Below, one piece after another: positions 43,614 to 52,003 of a stretch of DNA of 64,000 nucleotides. The position numbers and the translations under genes are program-made. Under the pieces are notes generated by a model. That model had not been told where the DNA came from. It was given only the letters and a program-made list of their open reading frames with translations, and ran no database searches. Origin of the DNA: Minisyncoccota bacterium (lineage in GTDB: Bacteria > Patescibacteriota > Minisyncoccia > Phycocordibacterales > SBAW01); the NCBI GenBank assembly GCA_035546615.1, contig DASZWM010000006.1, positions 128,001 through 192,000 of the forward strand, in the 5' to 3' direction. Position 1 is the stretch's first letter; every line of letters begins with the position of its first letter.

Positions 43614-44228
43614 TTAAAGGCTCTTGATGTCCTTAACTATCTCCGGAAACTGCTCTTGATTCTGGTGTTTCCTGTCTTCGAATATTCGAACGGTAGCGTT
43701 GGGAAGCAAGTTACGATACTTCTCAAGCTCGTCGATATTTACGATAGGATCATCTTTACTGTGGTATAGGAATATCTTTCCGGCTTGTTTTTCGAATTTC
43801 TCAAGAGAGCTGGGCAGGACGAATTCGCTTACGACCCTCTGAGTCTCTCCTTTTCCGCGCATCTCAAATGGAGCTGCGACTAGAAATACTCCATTTATCT
43901 TTTTTGGGAACTCCTCTTCGGACAAGTATCTCGCCAAGAATATGCCTCCAAGCGAATGGCCTACCAATATAACTCCATGTTCTATGAAAGGAATGAATCT
44001 TTCGAACCATATCTTCCACTCCGGATATCGGGCATTTTCCTTATTGGGCATGCCGGGATATATAACCTCGTATTCATCGCCAAGGCTCTGAGGAAGCCTG
44101 CTTTTCCAGTCCCCACCGCCTTTGAACTTATCGATATAAATCGGCTTAGTCTTGAGATTGTTAAGAAAATCCTCGTAAGTTGGAAAAGCAGAACTGCCAC
44201 CATGTATGACTACAACTTGTTTTTTCAT
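43614..44228 (-). CDS. Alpha/beta hydrolase, RBBP9/YdeN-like serine hydrolase (DUF1234)
   Basis: VVVIHGGSS...ILVGHSLGG (GxSxG) ... HSKDDPIV pattern; 204 aa. Confidence 0.7.
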   Translation of the reverse strand: MKKQVVVIHGGSSAFPTYEDFLNNLKTKPIYIDKFKGGGDWKSRLPQSLGDEYEVIYPGMPNKENARYPEWKIWFERFIPFIEHGVILVGHSLGGIFLARYLSEEEFPKKINGVFLVAAPFEMRGKGETQRVVSEFVLPSSLEKFEKQAGKIFLYHSKDDPIVNIDELEKYRNLLPNATVRIFEDRKHQNQEQFPEIVKDIKSL

Positions 44229-45490
44229 TATAGTATCTTATTAGCTGCGTCTAATCCTGTTGCTAAGGCTGCTTCGACAGTGGCTGCCTCTCTACCTTGA
44301 TATAACGCTTCGCCTGCGAAAAATATCTTGTTATCTATTGGCTCCAAAAGTTCCGTTTTTGCTGCCGCGGTAGACGGCTTTGCGTAACTATAAGCGCCTT
44401 TTGCATAGGGGTCAGCAGACCAATTTATCACGCGAAAGTGCTTAAGCTCGCTTTGCAGCATTTCTTTCGAAACTTTCAAGATGGTTGCAAGCGTATCAAG
44501 AGAGCGACTTACCACTATTTCGTCGCTTAACCCTTCGAATTCCTTAACCTTAGGGCCCGCAAGCCAGCCGGTAAGCATTGGAATCTCTTCCGGGTACTGC
44601 GTCCACCATGCCCCGAACTCCTCGTTAGTAAGCAGCAATATCATCTTGCTCAGATCATGTTCATTCGCCTGTGCCCACCAGCGAGATTTGAACTTCAAGA
44701 GCACTTTTATTACGCCGCCAAATCCGATGTTTTGTGCTGCCTGGATCTTTTCCGGCTGCTCCGGCGTAAAGGAAATATTTGGCAAAATCGAAGTCGGCAC
44801 GGTTACAAGGACTTTCTGGGCCTCAAATATTTTTCCATCAGAGCACGTTATTTTTATAGTGTCGGTCGATGTATCTATTCCCTGTACTACAGTATGCAAC
44901 TGTATCTCTACTCCAAGTCTTTTGCACTCATTTTGTAAAAACTTCACAAGCGCTCCATACCCCTCCTTCAATTTTGCCTGCTCTCCCATGCCTTCGCTCA
45001 TCCACTCGTCGCGCAGCATGTACATGCTTACTTCCGCCGGGTCGGCTGCGTCGTACCCTTCAGCCATCCGCGTTACCGCATTGCGTAGACCTTCGTATTT
45101 TTCTTCCAAAAAATGCGTATCCAGGAATTTGGCAAGCGGCATATCTTCCTCAAGGACTTTTAACTTCTCCTGCAGTGCGTCCATATCGGGAACGATAAAG
45201 GGAGCCTGCGAAAGTTCGCCGTTGCGGGCATTCCAAATTTCTCCATCGCGCACTAATACCGTTAGCCCAGCGTCTTGTGCGAGAGCCCTGGTAACAGGAG
45301 TAGCTCCGTGTATAAACTCTGCACCGGCTTCTGCAGGAAAGCCGAATTCATCGGCAGGTAAAGTGTAAATGCGCCCTCCGACGCGATCGCGCGCTTCCAG
45401 AATAGTCACTTTCTTTCCGGCCTTCGCGAGCTCTCGCGCAGCCATAAGTCCCGCAGCTCCGGCGCCTACAATAATTACCCCAGTATCCAT
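44228..45490 (-). CDS. FAD-dependent amine oxidase family oxidoreductase
   Basis: Dinucleotide-binding IIVGAGAAGLMAARELAKAGKKVTILEARDRVGGR; amine-oxidase fold length. Confidence 0.8.
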   Translation of the reverse strand: MDTGVIIVGAGAAGLMAARELAKAGKKVTILEARDRVGGRIYTLPADEFGFPAEAGAEFIHGATPVTRALAQDAGLTVLVRDGEIWNARNGELSQAPFIVPDMDALQEKLKVLEEDMPLAKFLDTHFLEEKYEGLRNAVTRMAEGYDAADPAEVSMYMLRDEWMSEGMGEQAKLKEGYGALVKFLQNECKRLGVEIQLHTVVQGIDTSTDTIKITCSDGKIFEAQKVLVTVPTSILPNISFTPEQPEKIQAAQNIGFGGVIKVLLKFKSRWWAQANEHDLSKMILLLTNEEFGAWWTQYPEEIPMLTGWLAGPKVKEFEGLSDEIVVSRSLDTLATILKVSKEMLQSELKHFRVINWSADPYAKGAYSYAKPSTAAAKTELLEPIDNKIFFAGEALYQGREAATVEAALATGLDAANKIL

Positions 45491-45521
45491 GTTCTAGATA
45501 AGTTTGAAAAAACTTAGGACT

Positions 45522-45896
45522 CTAGATTTTTTTAACAGTAAAGTAAGAACTAGCGACAGTCTTCTCACCAATGAGAATTTCTACATCGTAGCGACCTTCT
45601 TTCTCAACGGGGAACCCTTGAAGTCTATGTATAAATTGATGACGAAAGTTTTTTGGTTCAAAAGTTGTTGAATCCCTTCCAATTTCTTTTCCTTCACAGG
45701 AGATCCTAAATGATTCCATATATTGCTTATTTTGTTGGTCAGCCGGTATTTCAATATTGACAACAATGCACATACTGCTATGTATTGCAGGAAAGCCAGG
45801 TACATTTATAGAATCAAACACACCTCTGATATTTAATTTTTTGTCGTTCTCAGAAATTTCGGCCGAATCACACAAAAGAATGAAATTTGGTTTCAT
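45522..45896 (-). CDS. Hypothetical protein (124 aa), AT-rich
   Basis: ORF on the same strand and with the same composition as its island neighbours; no family recognised. Confidence 0.45.
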   Translation of the reverse strand: MKPNFILLCDSAEISENDKKLNIRGVFDSINVPGFPAIHSSMCIVVNIEIPADQQNKQYMESFRISCEGKEIGRDSTTFEPKNFRHQFIHRLQGFPVEKEGRYDVEILIGEKTVASSYFTVKKI

Positions 45897-45935
45897 AAAA
45901 ACTATTTTAGCATGTAAAAAAATATTTGTCTAATT

Positions 45936-47381
45936 TCATTTTATTTCCTTTTCTGTGGAACTATTCTCAGTCTCAAAAGAATTAGAAGAAGAAGGCAAGG
46001 TAAAGTCTTTCGTAGTTTGCGTTACCCCTAACTCATTGTAATCAATCTCTGGATTTGAGTTAATACGTTGATCAATCCGGTTCATATCGCGTGGGAAGGC
46101 GGACGCTTCTTTAACGTTCGCGAGGTTAAGCATTTTCATCGTGAGGCGCTCGAGCCCGGTTGAGCAGCCGCCGTGCGGCGGCATACCGTACTTGAAGGCC
46201 TGGAGATAGAAGGCGAACTTCGCTGTGTCCATACCGCGCAATTTCATCTTCTCGATCAATTCATCGTAGTTATGGATGCGCTGCGAGCCGGAGTTGATCT
46301 CGAGCCCGCGGAAGAGGAGGTCGAAGCTACGGCTAAACTCCGGGTCCTCCGGGTCGGGGTAGGTGTAGAACGCGCGCTTCTTGGTCGGGAAGTGCGTAAT
46401 AAAGATAAAGTCGGAGCTGAGCTTCTCCTTGGCGTATTGGCAGATCTGGCGCTCGTGCTCGGGCTCAAGGTCGAGCTCTCCTACTGCCTTGCCGCCGAAC
46501 TCTTTCTCGATTATTTCTTGTGCTTCGCGCAAGGTGAAGGTTGGGAATGGTCCCTGCGGCAGCAGCGCCGGCTCCACCTTGAAGCGCTTCAGCGCGTCGA
46601 TATGCTTCTCAGCAACAGTCGTCGATATAGTTCGTATCACCTTCTCGAGCATCGCCATCACGTCCTTGTGCGAATCGACGAAGCCCATTTCGAACTCAAG
46701 CTGCGTCAGCTCGGCCAAATGCCGCGTCGTTGCGCTTTTCTCGGCGCGGAAGGTCTTGGCTACGGTCATCGAGCGCTCGAACGGCCCGACCATTATCTGC
46801 TTATAGAGCTGGCCGCTGGTCGCCAAGTACGCCTGCTTGCCGTAGTAGTCTTCTATCTTGAATACCGCCGCGCCTCCTTCGGCGTCGCCGCCCACCAGGA
46901 CCGGCGCTTGGAATTCGGTAAAGCCTTCATCGCGCAATGCGTTCCTGAACGCGTTGACGATGGTTGCCTGCACGGTAAAGATGTCGCGCGTGCGCTCGAT
47001 GCGCAGCGTGAGCGGCAGATTGTCGAAATGCGTGTCGATATTGAGCTCCGCGTCCATCGCAAACGGCAGCGAGTGCGCTTCCGAAAGCACTTTTATGCCC
47101 GTAATTTCAAGCTCGATGTTGCCGTTGGGGACGTCGCGGCGCATCTTCTCCGGCCGCTCGTTCACCTTGCCCTCGATGCGCACGACCCACTCTTGCTTTA
47201 GCTTCTGCGCCACCTCAAGCACCTCCGGCTTGCCGAATACGACGCCCTGTACCTTGCCGGAGCGGTCGCGGAAGTCGAAAAAGGCCATCTTGCCCTGGTT
47301 GCGCGCGACATCCACCCAGCCGCCGATGGATACGGTTTCTCCGATATGCTTGCTCAAATCTCCAATTAAAGTCCGTTCCAT
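45936..47381 (-). CDS. aspS: Aspartyl-tRNA synthetase, archaeal/eukaryal type (class IIb; possibly non-discriminating), with a ~45-aa low-complexity C-terminal tail. Start likely MERTLIGDL (the track uses 47450)
   Basis: OB-fold N-terminus, motif 2 FRAE, motif 3 GGCSTGLERL, FPRD near the canonical end, then an AT-rich-encoded tail ...NSNPEIDYNELGVTQTTKDF.... AspRS versus AsnRS cannot be fully resolved by eye. Confidence 0.8.
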   Translation of the reverse strand: MERTLIGDLSKHIGETVSIGGWVDVARNQGKMAFFDFRDRSGKVQGVVFGKPEVLEVAQKLKQEWVVRIEGKVNERPEKMRRDVPNGNIELEITGIKVLSEAHSLPFAMDAELNIDTHFDNLPLTLRIERTRDIFTVQATIVNAFRNALRDEGFTEFQAPVLVGGDAEGGAAVFKIEDYYGKQAYLATSGQLYKQIMVGPFERSMTVAKTFRAEKSATTRHLAELTQLEFEMGFVDSHKDVMAMLEKVIRTISTTVAEKHIDALKRFKVEPALLPQGPFPTFTLREAQEIIEKEFGGKAVGELDLEPEHERQICQYAKEKLSSDFIFITHFPTKKRAFYTYPDPEDPEFSRSFDLLFRGLEINSGSQRIHNYDELIEKMKLRGMDTAKFAFYLQAFKYGMPPHGGCSTGLERLTMKMLNLANVKEASAFPRDMNRIDQRINSNPEIDYNELGVTQTTKDFTLPSSSNSFETENSSTEKEIK

Positions 47382-47418
47382 ATGTATTTTGTGTTTTTGC
47401 AAAAAGCTAAAATGATTT

Positions 47419-48360
47419 TTATAGAGCCACGCCGACTTTTTGCCTGACATCCGCCATCTTAGCCGATGCTATCGCGCGGGCCTTTTCGGCTCCTTCGCGC
47501 AGGATCTGCTTAACCTGCTCGTCGGTTATATTTGCGCGCCTTTCCCGCATAGGGTCAATCGCAGCCTCTATGTCTTCCACAAGCGCGTCTTTCAGAACTT
47601 TGTAGCTGCCCTTATTCGCCGCATACAAGCTTTCAAGCTCGCTTTCGCTCTTAAAGAGCTTATGGATCGCGTACACATGCTCGGGGCGCTCGCCAGAGGA
47701 GTCGGTCACGATGCTCATGACCGCTTTCGATATCTCGTCTTTGGTGCCGAAGAGTGGAATGGTGTTCTTATAGCTCTTGCTCATTTTCTGACCGTCGGTG
47801 CCGGGCACAGTGGCAACCTCTTCGGAGATCTTTTCTTGCGGTTCTTTGAACGTTTGTCCGTATGCATTATTGAACTTGCTCGCCGCCTCGCGAGCGTATT
47901 CAACATGCTGGCGCTGGTCGGCCCCTACCGGCACGATATCGGTATCATACAGAAGGATATCGGCAGCCATAAGCATTGGGTACGTAAAAAGGCCCGCGTT
48001 CGCCTCGAGTCCTTTCGCTACCTTGTCCTTATATGAGTGCGCCTGCATCAAAAATGGCACGGTAACCAAACAATCAAATATCCACGCCAGTTCTGTGTGC
48101 TCCTGCACATCTGACTGCTTGAATATGATAGCCTTGCTCGGATCTACTCCTGCAGCGACATAGTTCTTTACCACATCAATAATGTTCTGCTTCAGCACCG
48201 CCGGGTCTTTAAGGCTCGTGAGCGCGTGGTAATCAACGACCATGAGGAAGCTTTCGTACTGCTCGTATTCGCTCACAAAGGGCTTGAGCGCGCCGAAATA
48301 GTTGCCGATATGCAAGGTGCCGGAAGGCTGAAGGCCCGTCAAAAGCCGCTTTTTTGCCAT
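47419..48360 (-). CDS. trpS: Tryptophanyl-tRNA synthetase
   Basis: HIGH-like TLHIGNYFGA, KMSKS (QKMSKS); 313 aa. Confidence 0.93.
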   Translation of the reverse strand: MAKKRLLTGLQPSGTLHIGNYFGALKPFVSEYEQYESFLMVVDYHALTSLKDPAVLKQNIIDVVKNYVAAGVDPSKAIIFKQSDVQEHTELAWIFDCLVTVPFLMQAHSYKDKVAKGLEANAGLFTYPMLMAADILLYDTDIVPVGADQRQHVEYAREAASKFNNAYGQTFKEPQEKISEEVATVPGTDGQKMSKSYKNTIPLFGTKDEISKAVMSIVTDSSGERPEHVYAIHKLFKSESELESLYAANKGSYKVLKDALVEDIEAAIDPMRERRANITDEQVKQILREGAEKARAIASAKMADVRQKVGVAL

Positions 48361-48411
48361 ATGGCACTTAGTGTATCAGAAAATCCTTCCCTACCAAGGC
48401 TATTTCTATAC

Positions 48412-48440
48412 TTGACTTTCTACTTAAATAGGAGTATAAT
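48412..48440 (+). promoter_or_regulatory. Consensus promoter TTGACT-N17-TATAAT, 4 nt upstream of the ATG at 48445 (leaderless-type)
   Basis: -35 at 48412-48417, -10 at 48435-48440. Confidence 0.55.
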
Positions 48441-48444
48441 TAAC

Positions 48445-48843
48445 ATGAAACTGAACATTGGAGTACTAAAGATGCCAAAGTCAGAGAAGCCCAACGGTCT
48501 TACCGTCCTCCAGCGTTTTGTGACGGAGGAGATTTTCAAGGTCAGCGCAGAGATCGCCAAGAGATCACAGCAGACGGGAGTGAAGTCCCACACAGCTGCC
48601 TTTACTGCCGTCTTTGGGAAGCGTCTTGCGGTGCTTGATGCAATCTTGCTGGTGGTGAACCACCACCAGCACCGCCACAAAGGCTTATCGGAGAAGACTC
48701 GCCTCAATCTGATTCAGGCGGCAGAGACTTCTTTGTGGTCCTCCTCTCTTTCTGCAGACGGCGAGGAGGTGTCGCGCTATGTACCTCCCATGATGGAAGA
48801 AGACAAGATGCGCGAGTTGTTCCGTCTGATCCGTGCTGCCTAA
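48445..48843 (+). CDS. Hypothetical protein (132 aa; MKLNIGVLKMPKSEKPNG...HHQHRHKG...)
   Basis: The track ORF 48226-48843 is trimmed to the first ATG after the promoter; no family recognised. Confidence 0.5.
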   Translation: MKLNIGVLKMPKSEKPNGLTVLQRFVTEEIFKVSAEIAKRSQQTGVKSHTAAFTAVFGKRLAVLDAILLVVNHHQHRHKGLSEKTRLNLIQAAETSLWSSSLSADGEEVSRYVPPMMEEDKMRELFRLIRAA

Positions 48844-48846
48844 CCC

Positions 48847-48890
48847 GCCCGCAGAAGCCGTTCCGGCTCTGTCGGGCGGTTTCTGTTTAT
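48847..48890 (+). terminator. Terminator hairpin (CCGCCCG...CGGGCGG plus TTTCTGTTT)
   Basis: GC stem plus T-rich tract. Confidence 0.55.
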
Positions 48891-48892
48891 AT

Positions 48893-48950
48893 GACAACTA
48901 GAGTCATAGATAATTTAGTTGTCGTCACAACTAAATTTCTGCCGACCCCG
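48893..48950. repeat. Cluster of three ACAACTA(A) elements forming two nested inverted repeats (GACAACTA...TAGTTGTC...ACAACTAA) between the convergent genes
   Basis: Seen directly; no T-tract, so not a simple terminator. Confidence 0.5.
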
Positions 48951-49034
48951 CCTCAGCTATTTTGCTTGCTGGCAAAATATGCTTCCGGCCCGTGTAAGTG
49001 CAGCAAAAAGTAAAGCAGTTTACTTTTTTCAGCC

Positions 49035-50117
49035 TTACACGCCTTCTTCCTTGAGTTTCTCTATCAGTCCTTTAGCTGTTTTGGAGAGTTTTTGTGGCAG
49101 GATTATTTTAACGCGCACTATTAAATCGCCGCGCTTGCCCCGGCCCATAACTACGCCGCGGCCCTTTACCGAAATAGTCTCGCCATGCGTGATGCCGGGT
49201 GGAATAGAGAGGGCCTCTTCCCCGTCGAGTGTTTGAATTTTATATTCTGCACCCAAAAGCGCGTCGGAAAGCTTTACCGAAAGGTCGGTCATGATATGCG
49301 CGCCTTCTTTCTTAAAGCGCGGATCGGGGCTGACGTGCACTTTTACGTACAGGTCGCCTGAGGCTCCGCCCGCCACCGCCTCCCCCGAGCCGGTAAGGCG
49401 TATCATCTCGCCGCCCTCAATGCCCGCGGGCACGACTATCTCTATCTCTTCCTGCTTCTTGTAGACGCCTTCGCCGCGGCAGGTGTGGCATTTTTCCTTC
49501 GGAACTTTGCCGGTGCCGTGGCATTGCGGACAGACCCGCGTCATCGAGATGGAACCGAAGAACGAGTTGTTGGTCTCGTGGATCTTGCCCGCGCCGTTGC
49601 ACTTGTTGCAGGTCTCGAGCTTGGTGCCCGGCTCGGCGCCGGAGCCGCCGCAGGTCTCGCATTGCGCGGTCTTGGCAAGAAGCACGCGGCGGGTCGTGCC
49701 GAATACGGACTCCTTAAAGGAGATCTCTAAATCTATGGAAATGTCGCGGCCGCGGCGCTGGCGCGTGCCGCCGCCCTGAAAGAGGTCGCTGAATACGTCG
49801 CTAAAGTCGAAGCCTCCCATGCCGCCGTTGAATGCGTCCTGGAATTGCGAGAAGTCGAAGCCCTGTCCGCCGCCGAAACCGCCCTGGTTGGGATTGCCGC
49901 CGCTGAACGTGCGGCCGTAGGAATCGTACTCGGCGCGCTTCTTTTCGTCGGAAAGTATTGAGTATGCTTCGGAAACCTCTTTGAATTTGTCGGAATCACC
50001 GGAGCTTTTGTCCGGGTGGAATTTATGCGCGAGCTTGTGGAACGCTTTCTTTATCTCATCCTTGGTGGCCTTTTTATCGACTCCCAGGATCTCGTAATAG
50101 TCGCGGTTCCCTGCCAT
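49035..50117 (-). CDS. dnaJ: Chaperone DnaJ
   Basis: J-domain with HPD (FHPDK), Gly-rich linker, four CxxCxGxG repeats. Confidence 0.95.
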   Translation of the reverse strand: MAGNRDYYEILGVDKKATKDEIKKAFHKLAHKFHPDKSSGDSDKFKEVSEAYSILSDEKKRAEYDSYGRTFSGGNPNQGGFGGGQGFDFSQFQDAFNGGMGGFDFSDVFSDLFQGGGTRQRRGRDISIDLEISFKESVFGTTRRVLLAKTAQCETCGGSGAEPGTKLETCNKCNGAGKIHETNNSFFGSISMTRVCPQCHGTGKVPKEKCHTCRGEGVYKKQEEIEIVVPAGIEGGEMIRLTGSGEAVAGGASGDLYVKVHVSPDPRFKKEGAHIMTDLSVKLSDALLGAEYKIQTLDGEEALSIPPGITHGETISVKGRGVVMGRGKRGDLIVRVKIILPQKLSKTAKGLIEKLKEEGV

Positions 50118-50135
50118 AATTCCATTATTCTACCG

Positions 50136-51980
50136 CTATTTTTCGTCTTCCGCAAGCTCCTCCTCTTCCGGGGCTTCCTTCAAAGCTGCCTCGGCATCAT
50201 CATCAATTATGAAACCGCCCGCCTGTATGCTCCAGAGCTTATGGTACAAACCTTTCTGCTGCAGAAGCTCCTCGTGCGTGCCTGACGCCACGACTTTGCC
50301 GTTTTCAAGTACGACGATGCGGTCCATTTTCATGATAGTGCTGAGGCGGTGCGCGATAACGATGACGGTCTTGCCGCGCATAAGCACCTCAAGCGCGTCC
50401 TGAATGAGCGCTTCCGACTCGGAGTCGAGGCTCGAAGTCGCTTCGTCGAGCACCAGTATCGGTGCATCCTTCAGTATTGCGCGAGCAATAGCAACGCGTT
50501 GGCGTTCGCCGCCTGAAAGCTTGATGCCCCGCTCGCCCACGAATGTGTTATAGCCTTCCGGCAGATGCGCGATGAACTCGTGGCAATGCGCTTTGCGCGC
50601 CGCCTCGATGACTTCCTCGTCAGAAGCGTCGCGGCGGCCGTAGCGGATGTTCTCCATAAGCGTCCGGTGGAAAAGAATCGGCTCCTGCGGGACGAAGGAA
50701 ATAGCGTCGCGCAGGCTCTCTTGCGTGACATCCGCGATGTTCTGGCCGTCCACTTCTATAGACCCGCCCTTAAGATCGTACAGGCGCAGCAAGAGCTTCG
50801 TGATGGTCGTTTTCCCCGCTCCGGAGGGCCCGACAAGCGCGATCTTCTCCCGCGGCGCGATGCTAAGCGTGAAATCCTCCAATATGCTGCGGTTGTCGTG
50901 GAAGCGGAACTGGACATTCCTGAAAGAGACCTGTCCCTCCGCAACCTTCAGCGCCTGCGCGCCCTTTTTGTCCCGGATCTCATGCGGCGTTATGAGGATC
51001 TCCACCATTTCGCTGGCGTCCGCGAACGCATCGTAGAAGCGCCGGAGCTCGCGGTTGATGCCCACCAGGCGGTCGAACGTGGTCAGAAGGTACGATTGGA
51101 TAAGCACGAAGTCGCCGATGGTGAGAAGCCCTTCCTGCCACAGCAGAACGCCGCCGTAGAGAAGGCCTATCTCGATGACGGTCATAAAGAGCCCGATGCC
51201 GGCCCAGATCCAGTCGTCCGTCATCCAGGAGCGCAGGCTCGCCTTGCGCCATGCGTCTATCGCCTCGCCGTAGCGCTTATTCTCGTACGACTTGCCGGAA
51301 AACAAATCGATAGTCGCCTGGTTGGAGACCGCGTCCGCCAAGGCTGCCGTAGTGCGCGTCTCCGCCTCGGAGCGGGCGATGCGGACAGGCTGGCGCAGGT
51401 GCGCGACGAACACCTGGAACGTTATAAAGCAGACAGCCCATACGGCAAGCGCGATGCCCAGCATGTGGCTGCGCATGAACAGAACCGTTACCGCGCCGGC
51501 CACGAACAGGAAGGTGGGAAAGAACGATATGACCACGTTGTCGAACAGCATTTCGAAGGAGCGCACGTACTTGCTCAGCTTATGCGTGAGCGAGCCCGCG
51601 AAGTGGGAAACGAAGAAATTGTAGGAGTGCCCGATAAGGTAGGAGAAGGACGACGAATACAGGCTGGTCATCACCTTCGCGGTGAAATAATTATTGCTCT
51701 GTCCCTGCACGCGCCTGGCCGCCCACTCGCCCAGATAGATGAGGGTTACGATGGCGAGTATGCCGCCCAGCGTATGCACGGTTTGGGCGTCCGGATGCGG
51801 GGTGGTGGCCAGTATGTTGAAGAAGTTGCGCAGGTACCAGGGCGCCGCCAGGCTTGCGAGCTGGATGCCGACGCCGCCCAGGATGATAAGCGATAGAAGC
51901 CCGGGGTATGCCCTGACTTCCGTAAAATACGCGCGGAACACCGCGCCGGCTTTCGCCCGCTTTTTCTCCTGTTTCGGCAT
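50136..51980 (-). CDS. ABC exporter, fused permease-ATPase (MsbA/multidrug-exporter type), encoded between dnaK and dnaJ
   Basis: Six-TM ABC_membrane domain plus Walker A GPSGAGKTT, LSGGERQR, ILVLDEAT. Confidence 0.9.
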   Translation of the reverse strand: MPKQEKKRAKAGAVFRAYFTEVRAYPGLLSLIILGGVGIQLASLAAPWYLRNFFNILATTPHPDAQTVHTLGGILAIVTLIYLGEWAARRVQGQSNNYFTAKVMTSLYSSSFSYLIGHSYNFFVSHFAGSLTHKLSKYVRSFEMLFDNVVISFFPTFLFVAGAVTVLFMRSHMLGIALAVWAVCFITFQVFVAHLRQPVRIARSEAETRTTAALADAVSNQATIDLFSGKSYENKRYGEAIDAWRKASLRSWMTDDWIWAGIGLFMTVIEIGLLYGGVLLWQEGLLTIGDFVLIQSYLLTTFDRLVGINRELRRFYDAFADASEMVEILITPHEIRDKKGAQALKVAEGQVSFRNVQFRFHDNRSILEDFTLSIAPREKIALVGPSGAGKTTITKLLLRLYDLKGGSIEVDGQNIADVTQESLRDAISFVPQEPILFHRTLMENIRYGRRDASDEEVIEAARKAHCHEFIAHLPEGYNTFVGERGIKLSGGERQRVAIARAILKDAPILVLDEATSSLDSESEALIQDALEVLMRGKTVIVIAHRLSTIMKMDRIVVLENGKVVASGTHEELLQQKGLYHKLWSIQAGGFIIDDDAEAALKEAPEEEELAEDEK

Positions 51981-52003
51981 GTTTTCTACAGTAGCACGAA
52001 CCT

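Larger units (their letters stand above)
43600..46080. other. Second low-GC island (~2.5 kb): three co-directional AT-rich genes, plus the AT-rich 3' tail of aspS
   Basis: A marked drop in GC and AT-rich codon usage relative to the flanking pepS and the aspS core. Confidence 0.5.

Noticed and set aside
46173-47201. 342-aa plus-strand ORF
   Set aside because: Antisense to aspS.
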